Positions 39,925 through 49,364 of a stretch of DNA of 64,000 nucleotides are shown piece by piece; the first letter of the stretch is position 1; each line of letters opens with the position of its first letter. The stretch is from Azolla caroliniana. Its lineage: Eukaryota; Plantae; Polypodiophyta. Below the pieces are notes generated by a model, which made no database searches, was not told the origin of the DNA, and saw nothing but the letters and a program-made list of their open reading frames with translations. The stretch lies in the NCBI GenBank assembly GCA_043228905.1, contig JBHGNT010000013.1:10726001-10790000 (forward strand), in the 5' to 3' direction. The position numbers and the translations under genes were made by a program.

Positions 39925-40229
39925 ACGACTGCTCTCACTTCACTCCTCTTGAGTGGAAAAACAGAAAAATGAGTAGTAGTCATAAAACAGTTTGCCCTAA
40001 GTCATATTTATACTTATATGACTTTGGGCTATTTACAACTGTAGCCTCAGGGGCCCATAGCGAACATATTCACGGATATGTCCCTGCATCCGGATCGCTC
40101 TCTGGGTACATTCGTCATCCGGTACCGAAACCGGGGTCTTCGTCATCCGGATCCGAAACCGAAACCGGGCTTGTCGGCATTTAGCTCTGATGTCCGACCA
40201 TCCCATCCGAAGGGACCGTAATCCCAACA
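34821..40229 (-). mobile_element. Element G: intact Ty1/Copia (Tnt1/Tork-like), LTRs 34821-35468 and 39582-40229
   Basis: 648-bp LTRs with 1 difference seen. TSD GAAAC. tRNA-iMet PBS. PPT gaagggggag. Confidence 0.97.
35479..39552 (-). CDS. Copia Gag-Pol polyprotein (Gag CCHC, PR, IN, RT, RNaseH), ~1357 aa
   Basis: CFHCGKPGHFRKNC; VDSGAS; WHKRLCH..CTDC; HTDVC/ADNGGE/AERMN; YVDD; TDSD...DSQSA. The frame is uninterrupted. Confidence 0.97.
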   Translation of the reverse strand: MEGGGSGQPMMMVLNAQNYADWKIKMEDLLIVRDLYEPIDRSEIPKGVLESEWKLLNRKAVATIRQYVDVSVLQHVANDTNAYEMWKKLSGLYERKNALNRTSLMRKIVNLKYRDGESMVEHVSTFMGFVNQLAAIKFPLEDAMQAIILMCTLPESWENLVVTLSTSCTEDNLSLQTVKTSILNEEARRRDKEPASDTKALLTESDRGRQWNRSPQRREKSGTRSQSRARPTCFHCGKPGHFRKNCRHYRKDNGADDTDSKKSPERNGAYRGATDRRGSDRRGQDRKGTTALAASEEEIMLITEEGELNVAGDETTWVVDSGASFHLTPERRYFSSYTAGEHGCVRMGNEGTCRIAGIGDVWLTTPTGCKMLLKDVRHVPEVRLNLISAGRLDDEGYTGSIRNGEMKFSKGSLIVARARKDNTLYLMNARLCPEELNVAADTAGELWHKRLCHMSEKGMKRLAEDNLIPVKHVHLEKCTDCLAGKQNRTSFHSRPPTRRSAPLELVHTDVCQVETKSHGGAQYFVTFIDDHSRRLWTAPMKTKDQVLSVFKELHARVERESGKKLKAIRADNGGEYRGQFQEYCRSKGIRLEFTVPKTPELNGLAERMNRTIMERVRSMLAHAKLPKGFWAEAMSTATYVINRSPSVPLDGDTPQRAWTGKEVSYRHLKVFGCLAYVHVAKDRRGKLDPKTRPCIFLGYGDDEFGYRVWDPVDKKIFRSRDIIFMENKTLADWESEKKMKSSKSTGEDQLYEEQSRPARDRLALEDPAEDGEGTEPAEEDENDTGTGPDPEMDSDEEEPEEPVTEAPERRYPLRERKAPRRFPDPEHVLLTDEGEPESFEEAKHDTQSRRWLIAMQDEMDSLHENHTYELVELPKGKRALRNKWVFKLKPGDAGNPPRYKARIVVKGFQQKKGVDFDEIFAPVVKMTSIRTVLSIAASMDLEVEQMDVKTAFLHGDLEEEIYMQQPEGFEKEGKEHLVCRLKKSLYGLKQAPRQWYQKFDSFMTDEGYLKTQSDHCVFVKKFEGGDFLILLLYVDDMLIVGRDQVKIRMLKKALHRTFSMKDLGPARQILGMHIIRDRKKKQLWLSQEKYVTKVLHRFNMSEARPVGSTLPANCKLSSKQSPKTKAEKEDMMKVPYASAVGSLMYAMVCTRPDIGYAVGVVSRYMSNPGKEHWNAAKWILRYLKGTANVCLRFGSGKPELDGFTDSDMSADADTSRSTSGYVMTYAGGAVSWQSRLQKTVALSTTEAEYMAAVEAGKEIIWMKDFIGELGTRQEEYRLYCDSQSAIHLAKNAAYHSRTKHIQRRYHWIRERIEDKEFVLTKIHTDENGSDMLTKVLTPDRLEACRKRIGLERHPMPK

Positions 40230-40355
40230 GAAACCACGTTGAGCATGAGCTCCACGGATCATCCTCAATCCGATGGACAGACAGAACGAGTAAATCAAAT
40301 TATTGAGGACATGCTTCGAGCATACGTTGGTGCAAAACCAACAAAATGGGAACGT

Positions 40356-41163
40356 TGTCGGGGTTGCTACGCCCTTGCGTGCAGAAAGGAGGAGGGACCA
40401 CGGGGGTCTCGGACCGAAGAGCAAGAGAGAGAGAAGTAAGAGAGATAGACCCGATTACACAGAACCGAAGATTGCACAGGGACACGGCCCAACAAACAGA
40501 GATCACAAATAAACGCCGACGCAGATGGACGCAACAACGAAAGATATGTACTTATGAATGCAAGAAAATAACAGACTAAAGTATTACAACCCACGGTGGG
40601 GCACGAAATAGATACTAACGAAAACGAACAGGGCGGCGAACAGATGCCGACCCCTGTATGTCGCGACGCACAGAAAGGGAAAACAGGTCGGAGGTGCTGC
40701 AGGACGCACTCGGGGCGTTCCACGGAACAGCACAAGCCTCCTCGAAACCTGCACAGGTACGCGATGGAGCAGAAGACAGAGAAAGCGGGAGTGAGAGAGA
40801 AGCCCCGAAATCGGTTCGGCAGCACTTCGTCCTCTCCGTGCGAGATATCTGCAACAGCTCTTTCCTGCTCCTTATATAGGCCGTTGAGCAGGCCTTCCTG
40901 TCAGCTTTATTCCCTGTCCCTTTTGTCAGGGATCTCCTCCGTTCTGCACGCATCCGCGTAGTTACGCCGCCGACTCGTACAGTTCGCGCGCGTGACCGAA
41001 AAGACTGTTCGCGCGGTCTTTGTCTTCACTCGTGTTAGGGCCCGTTCCTGCCGATTATCCTCCTAATTCGATTCTATGTACAACTTGGAGCGTGCGCGTG
41101 TGAAGAACCGGTTCCTACGCCCCGGTGCGCCGATTCCGCTTAGGGACGGTTTTCTTCACGACA
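40356..41163 (-). mobile_element. Element H: solo LTR of the I family, inserted in the F integrase
   Basis: Reverse-complement similarity to 46469-47138. TG...CA ends with a perfect 4-bp TSD ACGT. Removal restores KWERYLP. Confidence 0.93.
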
Positions 41164-43843
41164 ACGTTACCTCCCAATTTTGGAGTTTGCTTATAACAGC
41201 TCCAAGCATACGTCGACGGGATATAGTCCTTTTATGTTGATGTATGGATTTCAGCCACGAGCCCCGATTGATGTTAATATACATCATGATGAGTTGCGAA
41301 GTACGCAAAACTTTCTTCGGGATATGCAAGATATGTTGCATATTGCACGGGATAATATAAAAACAGCTCAAGATAGAGCGCGTTTTTATGCCGATCATCA
41401 CAGGCAACCTCGTGTATTCAGCCCTGGACAGAAGGTATTTTTACGTGTACCTCACAATTCTAAGACATTGTCTACGGGTAACTGCGCTAAGTTAGCCCCA
41501 CGGTTTTGTGGACCTTTTACAGTCCTCAAACGCATTGGATCATCAGCCTATCGTCTCGCTCTTCCTGATGGTGTTGGAATCCATCCAGTCTTTCATGTAA
41601 GTCGTCTAAAAGAACTTCTAGGTTCTGGCGACAATACAGTTACAACTGAAACTCTGGTTACTTCTGAAGATTCATCTTCTAAACCACATGTACCAGAAAG
41701 AATTCTCGATGTTAAAACAAAAAAATTACGTGCTAAGGAAATCCGAAAATTTAAAATAAAATGGATGGATAAATCAATCAAAGATGCCACATGGGAACGC
41801 GAAACGACTCTAAGAACTAACTTCCCTAACTTTCCATTGCAAGAGTGCAATGTTTTAAAGAGGGGGAGTATGTTACGGGCATGACCATATAATATCCCGT
41901 GGTGAGAATTGTCGTAGTATTCTATACACGTGGATAAGTGTGAGGGTTAAACAAAGAGTCTAAAGAAGGGGAGGATTACTTTTAATCCTCGGGATTGAGA
42001 CAACCCATGAGGCCAAGTGTGAACATGGCTGGGGGCCTTGAGAATTACTATAAATAAGAGGCCTAGCTACCCTCATTGGGGCATGCATTGACTACGTCGA
42101 GACTCTGTCCGTGAGTGGAACGACTCTTGTAGCAAGCGCGCTATCGTCCAGGTACGACTCGACGCCAAGGCGGTGGTATGGGACACCGATCGAGGCTCGA
42201 GTCCGTCTCGATCCCTTCGCTCGGGGGTGGTCGGGTGGATCGGCACCCTTCTTTCTCTCTTTTCTCTCTATTCTTTCTAGATCTATCATTGATATATCCT
42301 TATTTTATGCTTACTTTAGTACCTAATCTCTAATAGACTGGGTGCAGGAAATGGATAAAGCCCAAAACAGTAATTACATGGTTATGGGGGCTCTGCAACG
42401 AGCACTGCCCAGAGAAGAAGACCTGCGATTTCGGCAAGCAGTGCAGTGCACAACATGCCTCAACCCCGACCACTCTACACTGGAATGTACAATGCGGACT
42501 CAGTGCATGTTGTGCCACTCCCGTTCCAACACATTGAGCCTCAGGGGGTGCAACGACCAGACGAGGACCGATTCAGGGAAGATGTTCGATACTGACCAGA
42601 ACGCAGTTACCGCTATGATGACAGACGGCGAGAAGAGTATGATCGGGACCGATACGAAAGGGATTACTCTCCGGATTATGATCGACGAAGACATGAAAGA
42701 AGGTTTCAGAACGGTGAGTGTACCCAAACCAAGACAGATGAGGATACCGCAGTAACCGATGACACCCAAATAACCATATAGGGAGTTTTCGACGAGATGA
42801 GCGTCGAGAGCCGAATCAGGAATACATATGGGAACCGGATACAAACTCGTCCGTACCACAACCGGAGCAATGGAGGCCAGAAGATACCAACCGGATGAAT
42901 TCCGGTATCCAGTCGGGAAATGTAGAAAAAGGGGAAACGAATGGTAACTGGAAAGTATATTGTTACTATTGTCGATAGGAAGGCCATTACAATAGCAATT
43001 GCTTGGGAAAAGCAAAAGAGAAACAACTGGTAGTTAACATGGCGACCGCCGAAGTCATGGATGTACAACAAGTCACCACCTAATCGAAAGGGATGGCTGT
43101 AGAGTGGGAGGCCCAGGAGGCAATCTGGAAGTAGGCTACAAAGTGGATACAAATGGCCAATGAACGAAACATAGCCGAATTAAAAGAACAAACCAAGTTT
43201 CCAAAACAACCACTCGAGAACACGGACACCGACCCAACCTAGTAGGTTTTGCAACAATGCCAGATTATGTTGCCACTTGGCCGACTTTTGTAATTGGTTC
43301 CCAGATTTATGGAAGGGTTAAAATCAACTTTCGCAACACAAAATCCGGAGCTAGCACTGACATTTTTCTCAAACCCGGAGGAAGGACCGACAATGGTTGA
43401 TATGAGTAGTCTGGCAGTCACAGTAATCATCAAAAGCAGCGAAGTACCCATAACAATTGTTGACAGAGGCTCAGGTGTAAATGTAATCAGCCAATTGACA
43501 TGTGATACACTGGGCATCAGAGAATTGGAACCGTGCCCATTCTAGTTATGGATGGTAGATACTAGTTCGGTCCAACCAACCGGACTCATCCAAAACCTCG
43601 ACATTACAATCGGAGGGCATGCCTTCTGAATTTCCGCTGTGGTACTGCAACTCAACGCACCGGGAGCATATCCCCTATTATTGGGAAGCCTGTGGTTGAG
43701 AACTTGTGATCACCTTCCTGCGAGGAAAAACCAAAGTCCGGGTGTCGACACAGGAACACGCCGGTATGAGTAAGTCGTTGATGCAGCTATACACGGAAAG
43801 TATTAATATGTTGGACGGATTGGCAGATGATGAAATTGATCGG

Positions 43844-45045
43844 TGTCATAGTATATTTTGTATACTACGTGAAATATATATGGAGTACCTGATTAACTAA
43901 CTATAAAGAAATAGGAGAAACCACTAAAATAATTATGTTACATGCATATGGCAATGTTTGAACCCTATACCTCCATGTTAACATATGGCAATGTTTGAAC
44001 CCTATACCTCCATGTTAACAATTCCAATCCTTACCATTGTACTAACATTATGAGAATTAAAGTTATAATCCCATGTAAATATTCTAGATAAGCATGATAG
44101 AGAAAGTTATCCATGCATACACACTTGAGTTAAATGAAAAAGTATGATAGAAAAAGCTAATCATGCACATGTAGTGTGCATGACCACTTGAGTTAAAGAA
44201 AACACATGATAGGAAAAGCTAATCATGGACATGTAGTGTGCATGAACACTTAAGTTAGAAAGGGATGATGCTTGCATGTGGTAAACTTAGACTCTCCCAT
44301 CACTATATAAGGATGGGGGAGCAAATTGTAAGGGGTTTTTGTCAATTTTTTTGGGTTTCTAAATATTGATTGAATACATTATATACGGGTGTTTCACGAT
44401 TTTCTTCTATCTCTCTTCCAATTTATTGAAAAGTTTGGATTGATTTCTTGGATTCGTAATACTAATTATTCTAATTCACTATACTCGTGAAAGTCACGAG
44501 ATTCCTGCCTTTCTCTTTCATATTCTTATTAGCCTTAAACTTCTCCTCCTCCTAGTCCAAAACCTCGGCGGTTCCCACCCGACTCACACAACGATCCGAC
44601 ACTGAAAAGCATGACACATTTGGTGAACCTGACAAGAAGTCGGGTTGTAAGGAGATGGAGAATCAACAAGAGTTTAACAACATGATAATGATGTGTTGAA
44701 CGGATGCTACAAGAACAACGTGCAATGTCAGAGATTGCGACGGCAGTAGAGTGGCTCGTGCAACGGAACGGGCAATTCAATGGGAAGGATGTGTCATGTT
44801 ATTTGCAGGACTACAAGGCGGAGATGCTACGGTATAGAATATCGGAAGGATTGCAAGTGACATCCTTCAATCGGGTGGCTACGGATGGGCTTTAAGGGAG
44901 TATCCATGGGATACGACAACAAAATCCGATGTGCGTTTGAAGAAGCGTCGAAGACTACATTCGCTATCGAGGACTCATCCAAGGCAACGCGGAGAGGATT
45001 CGAAGATTGGGTGGAAACTCCGGACACGGGGCTAAAGATCCTCGA
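43844..45045 (+). mobile_element. Element J: 5' LTR (43844-44616), degenerate Trp-type PBS and gag start, truncated on the right
   Basis: TGTCAT...ATGACA ends. tggtgaacctgacaagaa at 44621. GQFNGKDVSCYLQDYKAEML resembles Gag of I. Left flank is TCGG. Confidence 0.8.
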
Positions 45046-47141
45046 TGTTTATGTGGCTAATTCTTTTGTGCCACAACTCGATGCTTATCTTGGTTTTGAG
45101 ACCTTTGGCATGCATGGCCGATTTCACCTCGTTCATATTGCGGATGAACATGCGACCATCTCTCCGTCCCTTGGCTATGAGTTGGCCATCTTTCTCGATG
45201 AAACAACCTTCGTTGATGAAGCGGATTTGCATGCCTTGCTCCACGATTTGGCCGACCGAGACCAAATTCTTCGTTATTGTGGGCACGTGCAAGACATTCT
45301 TGATGCAAGTTTGCTTTGCTCGCCTTCTTTCCCGAATGGGACATTGTCGATGTGCCGAATTAGATGTGTGGTGTCATCACTCATCTCTTCGTGGGATGTC
45401 ATGTGATGTGAGGTGCTAGAATCAACGAACCACACGTCTTCCGAGTTGGAGGTGCTTGTGGAGTCAGAGGCCATCATAGAGTTCGCTCTATGTCTCATTA
45501 CGAATAGACCACTGTAGTCGTCGTATTCGGAGTTGTTGGTGTAGTTTGTGAGTTGTCGGCTTGTCGAAGCCGACTCACTTCTCCTTTTCCGACACTCCTC
45601 TTCGTGGTGGCCGATTTTGCCGCAATAGTTGCAAACAATGAGCCACGTTTGCCGACCTTGTTCGGCATGGAAGCTCCCCTTGTTCCGAAGGTCCCTTGAT
45701 GGCTTCTGTCTTGTTGTCGAAGCTTTGAGTGCCCTTCGTTCGATGGGTCGAATCGACCTCTTCTACGGCCTCAATTTCGTTCTCGGCCACCATCTGAATT
45801 CAAGAAGAACATTTGTCCTTCAGATGCCTTGGTTTTGGTTTGGACGTGGTTCTCTTCAACCATTAGTATTGATTGAAGGTCGAAGAACGAAGGAGGGTTT
45901 TCCCTCACCAAGATTGCCGTCCTCAATGAGTTGAATCGTTGTGTGAGGCCGCCCAAGCATACTTGAACCATCTCGTCTTCGTCGACGTTTATTTTGATAG
46001 AGCCAAGTGAGTCACAAATGCTCTTGATGTTGGCGGTGTAGTCCAACATGGACATGTCTTTTTGCCGAATGTTGTTCAACTCTTGTCGAAGTTGAAGCTT
46101 TCGGGTGGTCGTGTTGGTGGCGAACATTTTCTTTAAGTTCTCCCATGCCTCTTTGGGCATCTTGGCGTCTTGAATGTGGCTAAGCATGTGGTCATGGACA
46201 CATGTTGCCAAGTAATACATGACTCGACTCACCGCTTGCTCCCATGTTGAGTAGTCGACGTTCTTTGGGTCGGGTCGATTTTCTTGAGCGTCGTTGATGT
46301 AGCTCCAATACCGTTGGCCGACGAGGTATTGGGTCATCTTGTACTCCCAAGATGAATAATTGCTCTGGTCTAGCTTTTCACTAGGGAGCGAGCTACCCAT
46401 TTGTGTGTTCATGTTGATTGTAGTGTCTTCTCTTCTTTTGTTTTTCTTCCTTCGATCACGTTACACGTTGTCGTGAAGAAAACCGCCCACAAGAGGAATC
46501 GGAGGAACAAGGCGTGGGAAACGGCTCTACACACACGCGCGCCAAGAAGTACATACGAGGATCCTAGGTGGGTAGATTCGGTTGGTATGCAGTTAATGCC
46601 AAACGGCCTCTTGACGGGATATAAAAAGGAAGAGGAAGAATAGGAAAAGATATCTCGCGGGGGGAGAGGACGAAGTGCTGCGGAACCGATTTCGGAGCTC
46701 CTCTTTCACTCCGGCTTTCTCGGTCTTCTGCTCCATCGCGTACCTGTGCAGGTTTCGAGGAGGCTTGCGCTGTTCCGTGGAACGCCCCGAGTGCGTCCTG
46801 CAGCACCTCCGACCTGTTTCCCTTTTTGTGCGTCGCAACATACAGGGGTCGGCATCTGTTCGCCGCCCCGTTCGTTTTCGTTAGTATCCATTCCGTGCCC
46901 CGCCGTGGGTTGTAATTCTTTGGTCTGTTATTTTCTTGCATTCATAACATATCTTTCGTTGTTGCGTCCATCTGCGTCGGCGTTTGTTTGTGATCTCCGT
47001 TTGTTGGGCCGTGTCCCTGTGCAATCTTCGGTTCTGTGTAATCGGGTCTCTCTCTTACTCCGCTCTCTCTTGCTCTTTGGTCCAAGACCCCCGTGGTCCC
47101 TCCTCCTTTCTGCACGCAAGGGCGTAGCAACCCCGACATCT

Positions 47142-47159
47142 TGGTGAACCCGACGTGAA
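47142..47159 (+). promoter_or_regulatory. Primer-binding site complementary to the 3' end of tRNA-Trp(CCA)
   Basis: TGGTGAACCCGACGTGAA lies 3 nt after the LTR. It is the complement of TTCACGTCGGGTTCA-CCA, the plant tRNA-Trp 3' end as recalled. Confidence 0.8.
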
Positions 47160-47181
47160 AGAGGCGGCAGAAGAGCAGGAA

Positions 47182-49308
47182 ATGAGGGGGTCGGATCTCG
47201 CAGAGGCCATGGCTTCGGCCGTGGATCGGATTGTAAACGCGCGCGAGAGCACCGATGCCCTCGACAGAGCTATTGAGGCGGTCGTCGGCACGATCGGCCG
47301 GTTCGATGGGAAAGATGCCACGAAGTATTTGGCGTCCTACGGTGCAGAGATGCTGATGCGGGACATTCCGGAAGAAAGGCGTCTTGCCGGATTTCCCCGA
47401 GTAGCGATGCCGAGCATCCATGCGGAGGTGCTCGAGGTGCGGACGGAGAGCCGTACCTGGGAGGAGTTCGAAGGTCGGCTCCTAGAGAAATACGGGCTGG
47501 ACGACGCGCTCCGGCTTTCGAAGCGAAGGTTCATGGAATGGGTGGAGTCCCCGGGGAAGGGAAGAAACGCGTCGGCGCTCCTCCGGGAGTTCGAGGAAAA
47601 CTTTGCGCGCCTTTCGGCGCTCGACCGAACCATCCTGGACACGAGCCGGGTCTTGCTGTTTGTCAAGTCGGTCGACGAGCGGGATCGGGAGCAAGTGGGC
47701 TTCTTGCTGGAAACCGAAGACGGGCTCACTACCGACTGGGCGGCTGTCAGGAAGGTCTGTGGCCGTTTCGACAAACGGCGAGAATGGGCGGATAACGGGG
47801 CGACCGGGTCGGGCTCGGTCGCAGCAAGGAAGCTCGAACCAGCGCCGCAGGTGCGCAAGGAAGAGACCCGGGAGTGGTTGGAAACCGGTTCGGCTTCGAC
47901 CGGCGTAGTCAGAGGCTCAACCGGAGGAGAGGCGCTGGAGGAATTGACGAAGGCGATAAAGGACCTCCAAATCGCGCAGGCCCGAAGGGAAGGAGGCGAA
48001 CCGGCTCGTGACCGACGGCCGGCGGCAGGAAACAGGTGCATGTGGTGCGATGAAGTCGGCCACATTCGGAAGGACTGCGGCGACTTCGCGGAGGCGCTGA
48101 GGAACAGGGTGGTGTACCTGTGGGAAGGACGGGTGCATGCCAGCGACACCCGAAGGGCCCTGAGCCGAAACGACGGAAAGGGTGGTATGAAAAGGGTGAT
48201 GGAAGAGGCGGCGGCCCGACACGCGGAAACAGTCCACTACTCGGCGTCAGCCGGCATTCGAGTCGGGGGCGGCGAGGCCCGGGGGGGAAGCAAAGCCGGA
48301 TTCTGGCCGACGATGCTGGAAGGCCTTGCCGGTGCAGGGCTTAAAAGGGAGGAATCGGACCGTGCGGAGAAACGGGTACGGGAGATGACCGGGTGGAGCG
48401 ACCCGGTCGAGGAAAAGACGGGCTTCGTGGAAGCCGCTTGCAGGAACTACGAGGCTCTGGTAGAAGAGAAGCGGGTGGGGAAACCTGGGACGACCGGGCC
48501 CTCACAACGATACGAGACCCGGTCCGGGCCACGACGGGACGAAGCCGGCGGGGCCGGTACGCGAGATAAACCCCAGAAGGGCGGGTATCGTCTGGGGACG
48601 GAGATAGAAAGAACCACGGACTTACGAAAGGTCCTGGAGGAACGGATCCTCGACAGCAAGGTGGAGCTGTCGTTACGAGAGGTGCTGGGAATCGCCAAGA
48701 AGGAGTTCCACGACTCCATCGTGGACTTGGTGAAACGGAAGAGGCTGTCGACGGAGACAGAACCGGAAAGACCGGTGGAAGTGCGGACGACGCACCTAGA
48801 CGACATGGCTCTGGGAGACGAGTGGGCGGAAAGCCACTATTCGAGACCACATTGGGCCCGAGCGACCACGGAAACCCCGGTGAAGATCGGCGATGTCCAG
48901 GAACCGGTGGTAGCTTTAGTAGACCACGGATCGGAGATCAATTTGATGTCCATGGACTTCTATAAGAAGGGCAAATGGCCGATCAACACCAAGCACGGGT
49001 GGAAAATAAGGGCAGCAACGCGCGCCACCGAGGAACTGCACGGGGCCTGTCCGAACGTGCGAGTCAAGATCGGCGACGTTGAGATTGACCAGCACTTCTT
49101 CGTGCAGGAGACGTCTTCGCACCCGGTCATTCTGGGAGAGCCGTACATCACGGCGGCGCGAATGGAGACCAAGGTGCTGGACAACGGTTCAGCCTATGCG
49201 CGGGTCAAGAGCCAGGACGGGCGCCATTCGGTCCAGTTTTTGACGGTCAGGCCGAACCACGAGCGTAACCGCGACTCCCTCGGTTCCGATAACCGAGAGG
49301 ATTTTTAG
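47182..49308 (+). CDS. Gag-protease (ORF1) of element I
   Basis: Open frame from the first ATG at 47182. CCHC CMWCDEVGHIRKDC. Protease ALVDHGSEINLM...VILGEPY. Confidence 0.92.
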   Translation: MRGSDLAEAMASAVDRIVNARESTDALDRAIEAVVGTIGRFDGKDATKYLASYGAEMLMRDIPEERRLAGFPRVAMPSIHAEVLEVRTESRTWEEFEGRLLEKYGLDDALRLSKRRFMEWVESPGKGRNASALLREFEENFARLSALDRTILDTSRVLLFVKSVDERDREQVGFLLETEDGLTTDWAAVRKVCGRFDKRREWADNGATGSGSVAARKLEPAPQVRKEETREWLETGSASTGVVRGSTGGEALEELTKAIKDLQIAQARREGGEPARDRRPAAGNRCMWCDEVGHIRKDCGDFAEALRNRVVYLWEGRVHASDTRRALSRNDGKGGMKRVMEEAAARHAETVHYSASAGIRVGGGEARGGSKAGFWPTMLEGLAGAGLKREESDRAEKRVREMTGWSDPVEEKTGFVEAACRNYEALVEEKRVGKPGTTGPSQRYETRSGPRRDEAGGAGTRDKPQKGGYRLGTEIERTTDLRKVLEERILDSKVELSLREVLGIAKKEFHDSIVDLVKRKRLSTETEPERPVEVRTTHLDDMALGDEWAESHYSRPHWARATTETPVKIGDVQEPVVALVDHGSEINLMSMDFYKKGKWPINTKHGWKIRAATRATEELHGACPNVRVKIGDVEIDQHFFVQETSSHPVILGEPYITAARMETKVLDNGSAYARVKSQDGRHSVQFLTVRPNHERNRDSLGSDNREDF

Positions 49309-49364
49309 AGAGGACTGCCAAGGCGTGGGGCCGCGACAGTCCGGATGCTCCGGGAAAACCCCAC
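49299..49364 (+). other. Predicted -1 programmed ribosomal frameshift signal
   Basis: G GAT TTT heptamer just before the ORF1 stop, 6-nt spacer, stem GGACTG/CAGTCC, and loop GTGGGG able to pair with downstream CCCCAC. Confidence 0.75.

Larger units (their letters stand above)
33825..42335 (+). mobile_element. Element F: internally deleted chromovirus-type Gypsy (LTRs 33825-34289 and 41871-42335), hosting G and H
   Basis: 465-bp LTRs with 1 difference seen. TSD GACTG. PBS TGGTATCAGAGC and PPT aagagggggagta. Integrase core SDRD...HPQSDGQTER, GPF motif and a chromodomain (KIKW...DATWE). Confidence 0.92.
33340..43843 (+). pseudogene. Degenerate Gypsy gag-protease relic (33340-33824 + 42341-43843), host of F and J
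   Basis: Gag-like YPKY...AFLQTWEAN...MTLEGPSVRW, knuckle CTTCLNPDHSTLEC, protease IVDRGSGVNVIS. Multiple stops. Confidence 0.7.

Noticed and set aside
43946-44020. 37-bp perfect tandem duplication in the J LTR
   Set aside because: A simple slippage duplication with no further structure.
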